Source: Methanobacteriota archaeon
Lineage (GTDB): Archaea > Halobacteriota > Methanosarcinia > Methanosarcinales > Methanosarcinaceae
Reading direction: 5' to 3'
Assembly: GCA_023399215.1 (NCBI GenBank)
Contig: JAEWQJ010000043.1
Span: 3,405-67,404 of the forward strand
Length of the DNA: 64,000 nt
Position numbers and translations under genes: made by a program
In this document: positions 15,024 to 24,061 of the stretch, piece after piece
How the letters are laid out: every line of letters starts with the position of its first letter
Position numbering within the stretch: position 1 is the first letter of the stretch
The notes under the pieces: model-generated
The model's input: only the letters and a program-made list of their open reading frames with translations
Database searches by the model: none
What the model was told of the DNA's origin: nothing

Positions 15024-16049
15024 TTAGTCCAGCGCAGCCGGGATAATACATTCTTTAATCAATTTCCACCTATCAAGAGGATTAATGACGAATTCCGATG
15101 CAATTGCTATGACCAGGTCTTTTTCTGGAACACAACAAATAACATTACCACCGTCTCCCAGTGCTAAATATACAAAAACTCCGTCCTCTTCGCGTAACCA
15201 CCATAGATAACCGTATTTATTGAGGTTCATAGCTGTTGATTCGTCAATCCATGCCCCGGAAATAATCTGATTATTGTACCAAACTCCATGGTTAAGATAT
15301 AGAAAACCGAAACGTGCCATGTCACGGGGAGTCAGCGTAATTCCCCATCCTCCCGTAGAGTTACCGTTTGGGTCTTTAACCCATCCTTTCACGTTTTTCC
15401 CGAATAAATCCTCAAACCCAAACGCTTTCATTTCATGATCCGGAATTTCTTTCATGCCAATGGGTCTAAATAAGCGTTCGTTGGCAAACTCGCGGGCACT
15501 TTTTCCTGTGCTACGAGTAATGATAGTTGAAAGCAGGTGTGCCCCTGCAGTGGAATACTTAAAAGTTCCAATACTTCCCTTTTGGCCCAGCATATCCAGA
15601 ATATACTTTACCCAGTCAGGTTGCACACACATCCTGTCCAGCGGTTCGTGCCAATTCTCAAATGGATAGGGAGCCGTCATAGTGAGAAGATGGCGTATGG
15701 TGATTTCTCGTTTCTGTAAATCAGCAGAATCGGGAATATATTCGGGGAAAAAACTCAGCACCTTCTGGTCTACATTTTCAATATATCTTGTATCTATGGC
15801 AATACCGACAAGAGCAGATATTATGCTTTTCGTTACAGATGCCACATGGTGTGTATCATCCGGACCATAACCATTAAAGTATCTTTCATAAGCAATATAT
15901 CCATTTTTCACAACAACAATACCGTTTATATTGCTGTACTCGGATTTTATCATAGGTTCAAGCTCTGAAAGCTTTTCTGAATCCATTCTCAAGGTTACCG
16001 GGTCTACAGCTTTCCATTTTATAGTTGGCCAGTAGTTTCTTTGCATCAT
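15024..16049 (-). CDS. Serine hydrolase, beta-lactamase (class C)/penicillin-binding-protein-like family
   Basis: 341 aa. The S-x-x-K nucleophile motif SVTK sits in the context HHVASVTKSIISALVGIA. A downstream YSTAGAHLL (Y-x-N-like region) and the overall length fit the beta-lactamase fold family. Confidence 0.7.
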   Translation of the reverse strand: MMQRNYWPTIKWKAVDPVTLRMDSEKLSELEPMIKSEYSNINGIVVVKNGYIAYERYFNGYGPDDTHHVASVTKSIISALVGIAIDTRYIENVDQKVLSFFPEYIPDSADLQKREITIRHLLTMTAPYPFENWHEPLDRMCVQPDWVKYILDMLGQKGSIGTFKYSTAGAHLLSTIITRSTGKSAREFANERLFRPIGMKEIPDHEMKAFGFEDLFGKNVKGWVKDPNGNSTGGWGITLTPRDMARFGFLYLNHGVWYNNQIISGAWIDESTAMNLNKYGYLWWLREEDGVFVYLALGDGGNVICCVPEKDLVIAIASEFVINPLDRWKLIKECIIPAALD

Positions 16050-16995
16050 AGATACTTCCCAAAAGACAGAATATAGTGCTTTTTGTCTTAACTCTCATTT
16101 AAGCGTTTTAATACATTTTTATCGTTAATAAAGAGATTAATAACCTTATATGTCAAAAATATAGCCAAATAACAGTAATTTATTACATAAAACCTCTTAA
16201 ATAGATTTAAATTCTTCAGATTTCACGTTTTTTGGTTAATTTTCTTATTAAACCAATTAAGATCAGGATCTATACCTGTACATTTGACTGGTAGTATGAA
16301 ATCAAAAATACCCAATACTTTCAAAATAATTTCTATTTGGAATTTTTTGTTCAATGTGATAACCAGAGATTTCACAGGTGTTCACCAAAAAAGGAGTACA
16401 ATACTCCTAGATAAATTTTACGATTTTAAATTGGATTAAACGGAGTTTTAAATTAAAATTATACGTATTTTTTGAAAAAAGTATTTAATACACAATATTT
16501 TGCAGAATAAAGTATTAATTTAATTTTAATTTCGAATCAGAATTTAAGTCCCTGAAACGTTTTTTTATTTTGTTTAGCGAGAGTTGAGAAAAATTACAGT
16601 TTTTTATAGCCTTTTCAGTTTGTAGAATACTCATAGATCGAGAGAGACTGGAAGGATTGAAATTTGGTTTTAGACACTCAAGATTATAGAGATCTTCCTA
16701 ACTATCTTTGACTCTCATGAAGGAGATATACTCATTAACACAATCAATTAACATAGAATAGAGTTCTTCACAATGTTCCGGGAAATTATCCATTGTTCAG
16801 GGAAATCACCCATAAGAAGAGGGGTTTGAGCTCTGCCATCATATTAGAAAATAAAAATGGTATAATTTACTTCTTACCAAATGTCATGATAGGCCCAAAT
16901 TACTATAATATGTTCCAAAAACGCTATCAAGATAAAATATTTATTTTCAAAAAAATACTGCGAAATGTTGGATCCAGAACCACCAGTGGGATGAG

Positions 16996-17003
16996 TTTAT
17001 ATA
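16996..17003 (+). promoter_or_regulatory. Candidate archaeal TATA box (TTTATATA) for the thermosome gene
   Basis: This is a perfect TTTATATA with a purine-rich BRE-like stretch (GGGATGAG) just upstream. It lies 88 bp before the thermosome ATG. The predicted TSS near 17028 falls on the first of two CGATTTTAATTG direct repeats (17025..17036 and 17040..17051). Confidence 0.4.
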
Positions 17004-17090
17004 GAAGTACAAACATGTAAAATGCGATTTTAATTGATACGATTTTAATTGCAGAACTATTTCAAACTCATACTAATGGAGGATTAAATC

Positions 17091-18752
17091 ATGGCAGGAC
17101 AGCCAATATTCATTTTAAAAGAAGGAAGTAAGCGAACAAGAGGCAGGGATGCCCAGAGTAACAATATCATGGCTGCAAAAGCAGTAGCCGAAGCGGTCAG
17201 GACAACCCTTGGTCCCAAGGGCATGGACAAAATGCTCGTGGACTCCATGGGCGATGTGGTTATTACAAACGACGGGGCAACCATCCTCAAAGAAATGGAC
17301 ATAGAACATCCCGCAGCAAAGATGGTAGTAGAAGTATCCAAGACACAGGATGAGGAAGTCGGAGACGGCACTACCAGTGCAGCTGTAGTCGCAGGTCAGC
17401 TCTTAAGTAAAGCTGAGGATTTAATCGAGCAGGAAATTCACCCGACAATTATTGCAGCAGGGTACAGGCTTGCAGCCGAAAAAGCCGTAGAAGTCCTGAA
17501 CTCCCTTGCAATGACAGTAGAACTGTCCAACCGTGACCTGCTGATCAGCATTGCTGAAACTGCAATGACTGGAAAGGGTGCTGAGGCCTCCAAAAAACTC
17601 CTTTCAGAGATTGCCGTAGATGCTGTAGCAAGCGTTGTAGACACAAACGGAAAGAATACTGTTGACAGAGACAACATCAATGTTGTTAAGAAAGTCGGCG
17701 GCAAGGTCGAGGATTCCGAGCTTATCCGGGGCATGATCATTGATAAGGAAAGGATCCACCCCAACATGCCTGAAAAAGTTAAGGACGCAAAAATCATTCT
17801 TCTCAACAGCGCAATTGAACTGAAGGACACCGAAGTAGATGCGGAAATCTCCATAACCTCTCCTGACCAGCTCCAGTCCTTCCTTGACCAAGAAGAGCAG
17901 ATGCTCAAGAAGATCGTCCAGAAGGTTATCAGCAGCGGGGCAAATGTTGTCTTCTGCCAGAAGGGAATTGAAGAGCTTGCCCAGCACTACCTTGCAAAAG
18001 CAGGTATCTTTGCTGTACGCAGAGTTAAGAAGAGCGACATGGAAAAGCTTGCAAGAGCAACAGGCGGCAAACTCATCACCAACATGGATGAAATCACTCC
18101 TGAAGACCTCGGATACGCAAAACTCGTTGAAGAGAAAAAGGTTGGTGGAGACAGCATGACTTTTGTCACAGGCTGCGACAACCCGAAGGCTGTAACAATC
18201 CTGCTGCGTGGCGGTACAGAGCATGTTGTTGACAGTATTGACAGTGCTCTTGAAGATGCCCTGCGTGTGGTTGGAGTTGCAATCGAAGATGAGAAGCTCG
18301 TTGCAGGCGGCGGTTCCCCTGAAGTTGAGGTTGCACTCAGGCTCCAGGAATACGCAGCAACCCTCGAAGGCAGAGAACAGCTTGCAGTTAAAGCCTATGC
18401 TGAAGCCCTTGAGATTATTCCAAGAACTCTTGCAGAAAACGCAGGTCTAGATCCAATCGACATGCTCATGGAGCTGCGTTCACAGCACGAGAAAGGTGTA
18501 AAGACTGCAGGACTCAATGTTTACGAAGGTAAAGTCGTTGACATGTGGGAAAACTTTGTAGTTGAGCCTCTCAGAGTCAAGACCCAGGTTATCAATGCAG
18601 CTACTGAGTCTGCAGTTATGATTCTCAGGATTGACGATATCATAGCTTCTACCCGTGCAGCAGGCCCTGAAGAAGGCGGAATGCCACCAGGAATGGGCGG
18701 AATGCCACCAGGAATGGGTGGAATGGGCGGAATGCCACCAGGAATGATGTAA
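17091..18752 (+). CDS. ths: Thermosome subunit (group II chaperonin)
   Basis: 553 aa. [20 protein letters not shown] and the ATP-binding motif [10 protein letters not shown] are present. The C-terminal tail is [25 protein letters not shown]. An SD (GGAGGA) precedes the ATG. Confidence 0.95.
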   Translation: MAGQPIFILKEGSKRTRGRDAQSNNIMAAKAVAEAVRTTLGPKGMDKMLVDSMGDVVITNDGATILKEMDIEHPAAKMVVEVSKTQDEEVGDGTTSAAVVAGQLLSKAEDLIEQEIHPTIIAAGYRLAAEKAVEVLNSLAMTVELSNRDLLISIAETAMTGKGAEASKKLLSEIAVDAVASVVDTNGKNTVDRDNINVVKKVGGKVEDSELIRGMIIDKERIHPNMPEKVKDAKIILLNSAIELKDTEVDAEISITSPDQLQSFLDQEEQMLKKIVQKVISSGANVVFCQKGIEELAQHYLAKAGIFAVRRVKKSDMEKLARATGGKLITNMDEITPEDLGYAKLVEEKKVGGDSMTFVTGCDNPKAVTILLRGGTEHVVDSIDSALEDALRVVGVAIEDEKLVAGGGSPEVEVALRLQEYAATLEGREQLAVKAYAEALEIIPRTLAENAGLDPIDMLMELRSQHEKGVKTAGLNVYEGKVVDMWENFVVEPLRVKTQVINAATESAVMILRIDDIIASTRAAGPEEGGMPPGMGGMPPGMGGMGGMPPGMM

Positions 18753-18787
18753 TCCGGAAAAGAATAAAAACCATTTTGGGATAAACA

Positions 18788-18823
18788 GGAAGAGGCATGG
18801 TTTTCAAGCCATGCCTTCCTTTT
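18788..18823 (+). terminator. Hairpin plus T-run terminator after the thermosome gene
   Basis: AGGAAGAGGCATGG-TTTTCAAG-CCATGCCTTCCT is followed by TTT. Further T-rich runs follow at 18900..18960, in the convergent gap shared with cdc6. Confidence 0.55.
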
Positions 18824-19005
18824 AGCCCTTAAAAATTGAAGTCTGAAAACCCCTCTTCCGGCCTCTCACCGGAAATCGATGTGAATCTCCAAGTAACTCT
18901 CTTTTTTCAGGCTTTTTCAGACTTTTTTAAGGTTATTTAGGCTGTATTCAGGTTTTTCAATTCTGAAACATATCGCTCCTTATCTGACTTTACAGGACTT
19001 TTTAC

Positions 19006-20127
19006 TCATTTCTTTTCAAGGCAATTAAGAACATCCTCAACTCTGAATTTTGTTTTTATAATTCTCGTCCTGCCTCTTTGGCCCTTGCCGGTAAAGTCTG
19101 CATCTATGTAGTTAAGCACCTGGAGCTTGTTGACAATTCCATAAAAGCGAGTATATCCAAGCTGAGTTAATTCATGGAAGGATTTGTAAAGTTCACCTGC
19201 CTGGACTTCTCCTCTTTTTGCTATTAGCTCAAGCAGGTGTTTTTCAGGACCTGACAGGAGGCTTATACCCCTGCACAGATGAAGCAGTTTGGACGCTTCA
19301 TAAGCTTTTTCCACATCTTCAGAAGAGATTGTGCGGCTTCCCCTACGTTCGGCATTAAAACCGGAACGTTTTAGGAGGTCAATTCCAACCCTGAGATCTC
19401 CTGTCCTTTCTACATACGATACCACGAGTTCAAGTAACTCTTCAGAAATCACCTTCGGATAAAAGCCGTATTTTACCCGGTCTTTGAGAATATCAAGAAT
19501 TTCGGCATTTTCATATCTCGGGAAAGGAATGTCTTCAGGCAGGAATACCGAATTCACCCTGGAATCCAGGCAATAGAGGTCCGAAGCATCATTTACGATT
19601 CCAATTATCCCTATCTTTGTTCCGGGGTACTGCTCGTGTGCCCTTAAAAGCGAGTACATTACCTCATTGGCATGCCCTTCATAGCAGAGATAATTGAGGT
19701 CATCCAGAGCAACAAGCAGAACTTTCTCCGAAGAAACTAGAAAATTAACTACGGCTTCAAAGATTTTCCTGAAAGCAACTCCTGAGTTGGGAGGAGAGAT
19801 TCCAAAAAGCTTCCTGTAAATCCTGGACATTACTGCAAAACGTGTGGAATCAATCTGACAGTTAACTTTGACAGTAACGACACCAGTTGCATGGGCTTCA
19901 ACTTCCCCGAATACCTTCATAACTGCACTGGTCTTTCCTGTTCCGGGAGGACCTACAAGCAAACAATTCAAAGGCCGCATACCGCGCAGGGCTGGCTTGA
20001 GCGCAAATCTGAGCCCATTTAATTGTGACTCCCTGTGAGGAAAATATTCAGGGAGATAGTCAGGCTCAAGCACAGACGGGTCCTTAAATAGGGTCTCATC
20101 CCAGAGTAGTATATCATTACCTGTCAA
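19006..20127 (-). CDS. cdc6: Orc1/Cdc6 replication initiator
   Basis: 373 aa. The AAA+ Walker A is GPPGTGKTS and Walker B is LLVALDDLN. A C-terminal winged helix is present. The N-terminus LLWDETLFKDPSVLEPDYLPE..HRE.Q is typical of Orc1/Cdc6. The start is a TTG. Confidence 0.9.
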   Translation of the reverse strand: MTGNDILLWDETLFKDPSVLEPDYLPEYFPHRESQLNGLRFALKPALRGMRPLNCLLVGPPGTGKTSAVMKVFGEVEAHATGVVTVKVNCQIDSTRFAVMSRIYRKLFGISPPNSGVAFRKIFEAVVNFLVSSEKVLLVALDDLNYLCYEGHANEVMYSLLRAHEQYPGTKIGIIGIVNDASDLYCLDSRVNSVFLPEDIPFPRYENAEILDILKDRVKYGFYPKVISEELLELVVSYVERTGDLRVGIDLLKRSGFNAERRGSRTISSEDVEKAYEASKLLHLCRGISLLSGPEKHLLELIAKRGEVQAGELYKSFHELTQLGYTRFYGIVNKLQVLNYIDADFTGKGQRGRTRIIKTKFRVEDVLNCLEKK

Positions 20128-20700
20128 GAGAAGTTACTCCAGAGGTTATTAATCTGTTATTATTAATAATTGAAAGATCGAATATTGAAACTTCGATAAT
20201 ATTGAAAGCTTAGTGATATTGAAAGCTCGAATATTAAAACTTCGATAATATTGAAAGCTCAGTAATATGAAAGTTAGGGGCTGTAAAAGTATTTTTGTCT
20301 GGAGCCTAGATTACCGAGTTACAAAGTCAGAAATAAGGTAGTTCTGCATTCTGAATTAAGTGATTTCTAAACAACCAAACAAGATTTCACATGAATAAAC
20401 TTTACTTAGTAAGAGAGATTCAGATTTAGTATTAATAAACTAAATTCCTGATAAGTCAGATTTTAAGAATATACTAATATTTTTTAAATTTTTAGTAGAT
20501 ATGTTTTACTACATTTAGCTTTTTTGAATTGTTACTTAACAGAACTATTTTACCCGGAAAAATAATGAGCCAGTAATACGAGCTATTAGTTCGAGCCAGT
20601 AATAAAAATCAGTAGTACGAGCTAAATATACGAGGCAGAAATCTCAAAAAGGCTAATTTCCTGGATATTTTATTTAGTAAATTAGTCATTTTCAGGAAAT
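20128..20700. other. Candidate replication origin (oriC) region upstream of orc1/cdc6
   Basis: This is a non-coding, very AT-rich spacer directly upstream of cdc6. It holds a 7-copy same-orientation array of (A)ATATTGAAAG at 20166..20280, a second repeat group (GAGCCAGTAATA x2 and CAGTA(A/G)TACGAGCT x2) at 20566..20636, and an AT-rich stretch at 20400..20560 between them. The assignment is inferred from the canonical archaeal oriC-cdc6 arrangement. Confidence 0.5.
20166..20280. repeat. 7 x ATATTGAAAG array, spacing 15/17/17 bp (49-bp higher-order unit x2 plus a partial unit)
   Basis: TTGAAA cores are at 20170, 20185, 20202, 20219, 20234 (TTAAAA), 20251 and 20268. The last copy ends in a G-run (GTTAGGGG). 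Confidence 0.8.
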
Positions 20701-21153
20701 AAATATTAAAACGACTTCATAAGAAAATTCAAATATGATTGGTTTGAAAAATAACAATCATTGATAAACTCTAACAGGTAAAAAGAATAACATTAGATTT
20801 ATTTATAAGGATCTGGGCGGTAATTACATAAAAACAATTAAGAGGAATAATTTAGAAAAAATAACTCTATCGAAATCCTGTGTTTATAGCTTTTAAACTA
20901 ATTTAACTGTAGTTTCAAACATACATCTATACATTTAACTTAATTATAATTTTTTTAATTACAGGAGATAATGATGGGCTGGAAAGAGCGAAATTCATAA
21001 TCTTTATTTATAAGATCGTCCGCTTAACCACACCCCATCTGAGGGTTTTCTTTCAAGCTTTTTTGAAAAGGCTTGCGAACAAACCATTTCACAAAAAGGC
21101 TTGCAGATAAGCCATTTCACAAAAAGTTGGGGACTTGGGTGGGAGAAAAAAGT

Positions 21154-23856
21154 ATGGAAATAGAATCAAAATTTCTAGTAATGGAAGAAACGGATTTTCA
21201 GACCCTTGAAAGACTTTCAAAGCTTGCTTCATACTCTCTTTCGGAAGCGAAAATCCAGTTAAATGAGGATATTTTCTTTGATACTGAGAACCGGGCTATT
21301 ATGGCTTCGGGCTATTACCTGCGGGTCAGGAAATCATCTGGGGAAAACGGGAGCTGGGTAACCATTAAAAGCCTGGGAGGTTTTGAAGATGGAACTCACA
21401 GGCGAGAAGAGTATGTAAGTTTCCTGCCTGAAGGAACCTCAGTACTCGCATGTCCTGATTCCCGTATTAGAGACCTGATTTTTGAATTTACAGCAGGACT
21501 TGACCTTTTTCCGCTTCTATCCCTCAAACAGAAAAGGGTAATTCGCCAGGTAAAAATGGGAAAAAGAATAATAGCTGAGACTTACCTTGACCGAGTAAAC
21601 CTGAAAAGTAAAGGCAAGGAAAAGCACTATAATGAGTTTGAAGTTGAGCTTAAAAGTGAAGGAAGCTCGGAAGATCTTGAAACTATCCGGCTTTTCCTAC
21701 TCAAGCATTATAATCTGGCAGAAAGCGCTTTTTCCAAGTTTGAAAGAGCTTTTCTTTTTATGGAGAACCTTCCTGAAAAAACATTCCTTAGCCTGAGAGA
21801 AAGAGCCTTTTGCGCACAGCTTGCAAACCAGAAAAACGTGTACGGGAAGCATGCTCAGATTTTGATGGAACTTGACAAAGAAAAGAGCTGTGAAGAGCTC
21901 AGCCTGCTTCTGAAAGTTCCTCAAACCAAAATAAGAACCCTGCGCTCAGAGTTTAAAGAGAAGAGGCTTTCTATTTTTCCTTTTACAACTTATAAAGAAA
22001 AAGATCCTGAATTCCATCTTCAGGCTGGAAAAAATTGTATTTCGAAAAAGGAAAAGAAAGCGTTAGAATTTAAACAATGGAATCCGGAAAGCCTGCTTGA
22101 GTATTACGGAGCAAATAAAAACCGGGCAGAAAAAAGCAGGGAACATGCTCTTACACTTTTTGATGGGCTGTCTGTATACCATGGACTGGGACAGGAAGAG
22201 AGAAAACTCCTTGAACTTGCAGCCTTCCTGAAGGATACCGGAAACTCCATTTTTCCTGGCGAAAGCGCACTTATGAGCAGAGAAATTCTTATGACACATC
22301 CTGTAAAAGGACTCAGACTTCACGAAATTTTAATGCTCACCCTAATCATTGAACTTCAGGATCTTTTTGTAAGCCATTACGTAAGCGAAAAAAGTTTAAT
22401 CTCAAACTTGAAAGGCTGCCACACGGGACTGCCTCCCGGTCTACAGAACAAAGCCCTGATGCTTGCAGCCATTGTATCAATTTCAGACCTTTTCGAATCC
22501 CTAGAAATCCAGCCAGGAAAGATAAGATCGCTTGAAAACGTTCTGGAGATAGAAATAATGGGGGATGTAACTGAAAAAACTGCAAAAAAGTTTGAGGCAC
22601 AAAGTAAACTCTGGAAATATCTCTACGGAAGCAAACTCCTGTTTTCTCAGGCTGCTGAGGACGAAAAAGTTCTAATTGAAAAAGAATCCGAAACAAAAGA
22701 AATAGAAACAAAGAAACAGGCCGGAGAGGAAAAAAAGCCAGAAAAAAAACAGGTAAAGGAGAAAAAAAGACTAGAAAAGAGACCGGCTGAAGAAGAGAAA
22801 AAACTAGAAAAGAAACAGGCTGCAAAGGAGAAACAAGCTGCAAAGAAAAAGTGCATGCCGGGTGGAGAGGTAACTGTCAAACCGACTGACTCTATGGCAC
22901 AGCTTGCCTGCAGAATATTTTCCTATCAATTTTCCTGTATGCTCTCTCATGAAGAAGGAACTATAAAAGGGGAGGACATCGAAGAATTGCACGATATGCG
23001 GGTTGCAGTCCGCAGAATGAGAGCTGCAGCAAAGATTTTTGAGGCTTATCTTGATTCCGAACAGCTTGAGCCGCACCTCAAAGGGCTCAGGAGAACGCTT
23101 GGTTCACTTGGGGATGTTAGGGACCTGGACGTTTTCCGCGAAAAAGCCGAAAAGTACCTGAAAACTCTACCTCCAGAACATGAACATGATCTAGATCCGC
23201 TTTTTGCAGTGCTGACGGAAGAGCAAGAAAAAGCCAGGAAAAACATGCTTGATTATCTGGACAGTGAAAAATACTGGGCTTTCAAAAGAGACTTTTCAGA
23301 CACACTTGCCTCTCCAGAAATCCTGATCCTTTCTGTAACTAACAAAAACCATGATGCATTGCCCCATAGAGTAAGAGAAGTGCTCCCTTCAATCCTCTAT
23401 GCACGTTTAGCAGATATCAGGGCTTACTCTGAATGGGTGGAAGGGCCTTATCTTCCTGTAGAACGCCTGCACAGGCTCAGGATTGCAGCCAAAGGAATGC
23501 GTTATACCCTTGAATTCTTTGAGAGCGTGCTTGGAGAAGAAGCAAAAACCCTGATCAAAGAACTCAAAACCTTCCAGGACCAGCTAGGAGATCTCCATGA
23601 TACAGTAGTTGCACTCGACCTGCTGGGTTCTTACCTGAGAACCGGGGAATGGGGTTCTGCCGAGAGCGAAAAAGCTTCAGGGAAAAAGAAATTTGCCGAA
23701 GGTGCAGAAGGAAGTGCAGAAGGAATCGAAGCCTATCTTGCATATAGAGAAGAAGAACTCCAGACTCTGCTCAATGCCTTTCCCGATGCCTGGGGAAAAA
23801 TATGTAATGGAAATTTCAGGGAAAGGATTGAAAATGCAGTTAAAAACCTGTACTAA
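21154..23856 (+). CDS. CYTH-domain / PPX-C-terminal-like (degenerate HD) / CHAD-domain protein
   Basis: The start is set at the ATG at 21154, with the SD GGTGGGAG upstream, so the protein begins MEIESKFLV, which is the CYTH ExExK signature. The middle region REHALTLFDGL...ERKLLELAAFLKDTGNSI parallels the HD domain of the neighbouring PPX (ERELLEYGSILHDIGTFL), but with KD in place of HD. A Lys/Glu-rich spacer follows. The C-terminal CHAD signature is EELHDMRVAVRRMRAAAKIFE...LGDVRDLDV...HRLRIAAKGMRYTLEFF. Confidence 0.75.
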   Translation: MEIESKFLVMEETDFQTLERLSKLASYSLSEAKIQLNEDIFFDTENRAIMASGYYLRVRKSSGENGSWVTIKSLGGFEDGTHRREEYVSFLPEGTSVLACPDSRIRDLIFEFTAGLDLFPLLSLKQKRVIRQVKMGKRIIAETYLDRVNLKSKGKEKHYNEFEVELKSEGSSEDLETIRLFLLKHYNLAESAFSKFERAFLFMENLPEKTFLSLRERAFCAQLANQKNVYGKHAQILMELDKEKSCEELSLLLKVPQTKIRTLRSEFKEKRLSIFPFTTYKEKDPEFHLQAGKNCISKKEKKALEFKQWNPESLLEYYGANKNRAEKSREHALTLFDGLSVYHGLGQEERKLLELAAFLKDTGNSIFPGESALMSREILMTHPVKGLRLHEILMLTLIIELQDLFVSHYVSEKSLISNLKGCHTGLPPGLQNKALMLAAIVSISDLFESLEIQPGKIRSLENVLEIEIMGDVTEKTAKKFEAQSKLWKYLYGSKLLFSQAAEDEKVLIEKESETKEIETKKQAGEEKKPEKKQVKEKKRLEKRPAEEEKKLEKKQAAKEKQAAKKKCMPGGEVTVKPTDSMAQLACRIFSYQFSCMLSHEEGTIKGEDIEELHDMRVAVRRMRAAAKIFEAYLDSEQLEPHLKGLRRTLGSLGDVRDLDVFREKAEKYLKTLPPEHEHDLDPLFAVLTEEQEKARKNMLDYLDSEKYWAFKRDFSDTLASPEILILSVTNKNHDALPHRVREVLPSILYARLADIRAYSEWVEGPYLPVERLHRLRIAAKGMRYTLEFFESVLGEEAKTLIKELKTFQDQLGDLHDTVVALDLLGSYLRTGEWGSAESEKASGKKKFAEGAEGSAEGIEAYLAYREEELQTLLNAFPDAWGKICNGNFRERIENAVKNLY

Positions 23857-24061
23857 CGTAGTGAAAAATCTGTCCTAGTGCAGTAACCTGTACTAATGCA
23901 GTAAACTACTGTATAAATTTTTTATGGATGTGTTTTATGAATAGACCTTTTAAATAAGTATAAACTTTTTAAATAAGATATAATCAAATAGAAATAAGGT
24001 TTCTGAGCAAGTTTCCTTCAGGTTTTTTGTAAGCCTACTTCATATTAATGAAATTGTGAAC

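Noticed and set aside
18700-18752. Repetitive GGMPPGM tail of the thermosome as an anomaly
   Set aside because: Gly/Met-rich C-terminal tails are a normal feature of chaperonins.
21073-21153. Upstream extension of the CYTH-CHAD ORF (track start at 21073, MRTNHFTKRLADKPFHKK...)
   Set aside because: The extension is a translation of a 30-bp direct DNA repeat. The ATG at 21154 has a good SD and yields the canonical CYTH N-terminus MEIESKF.
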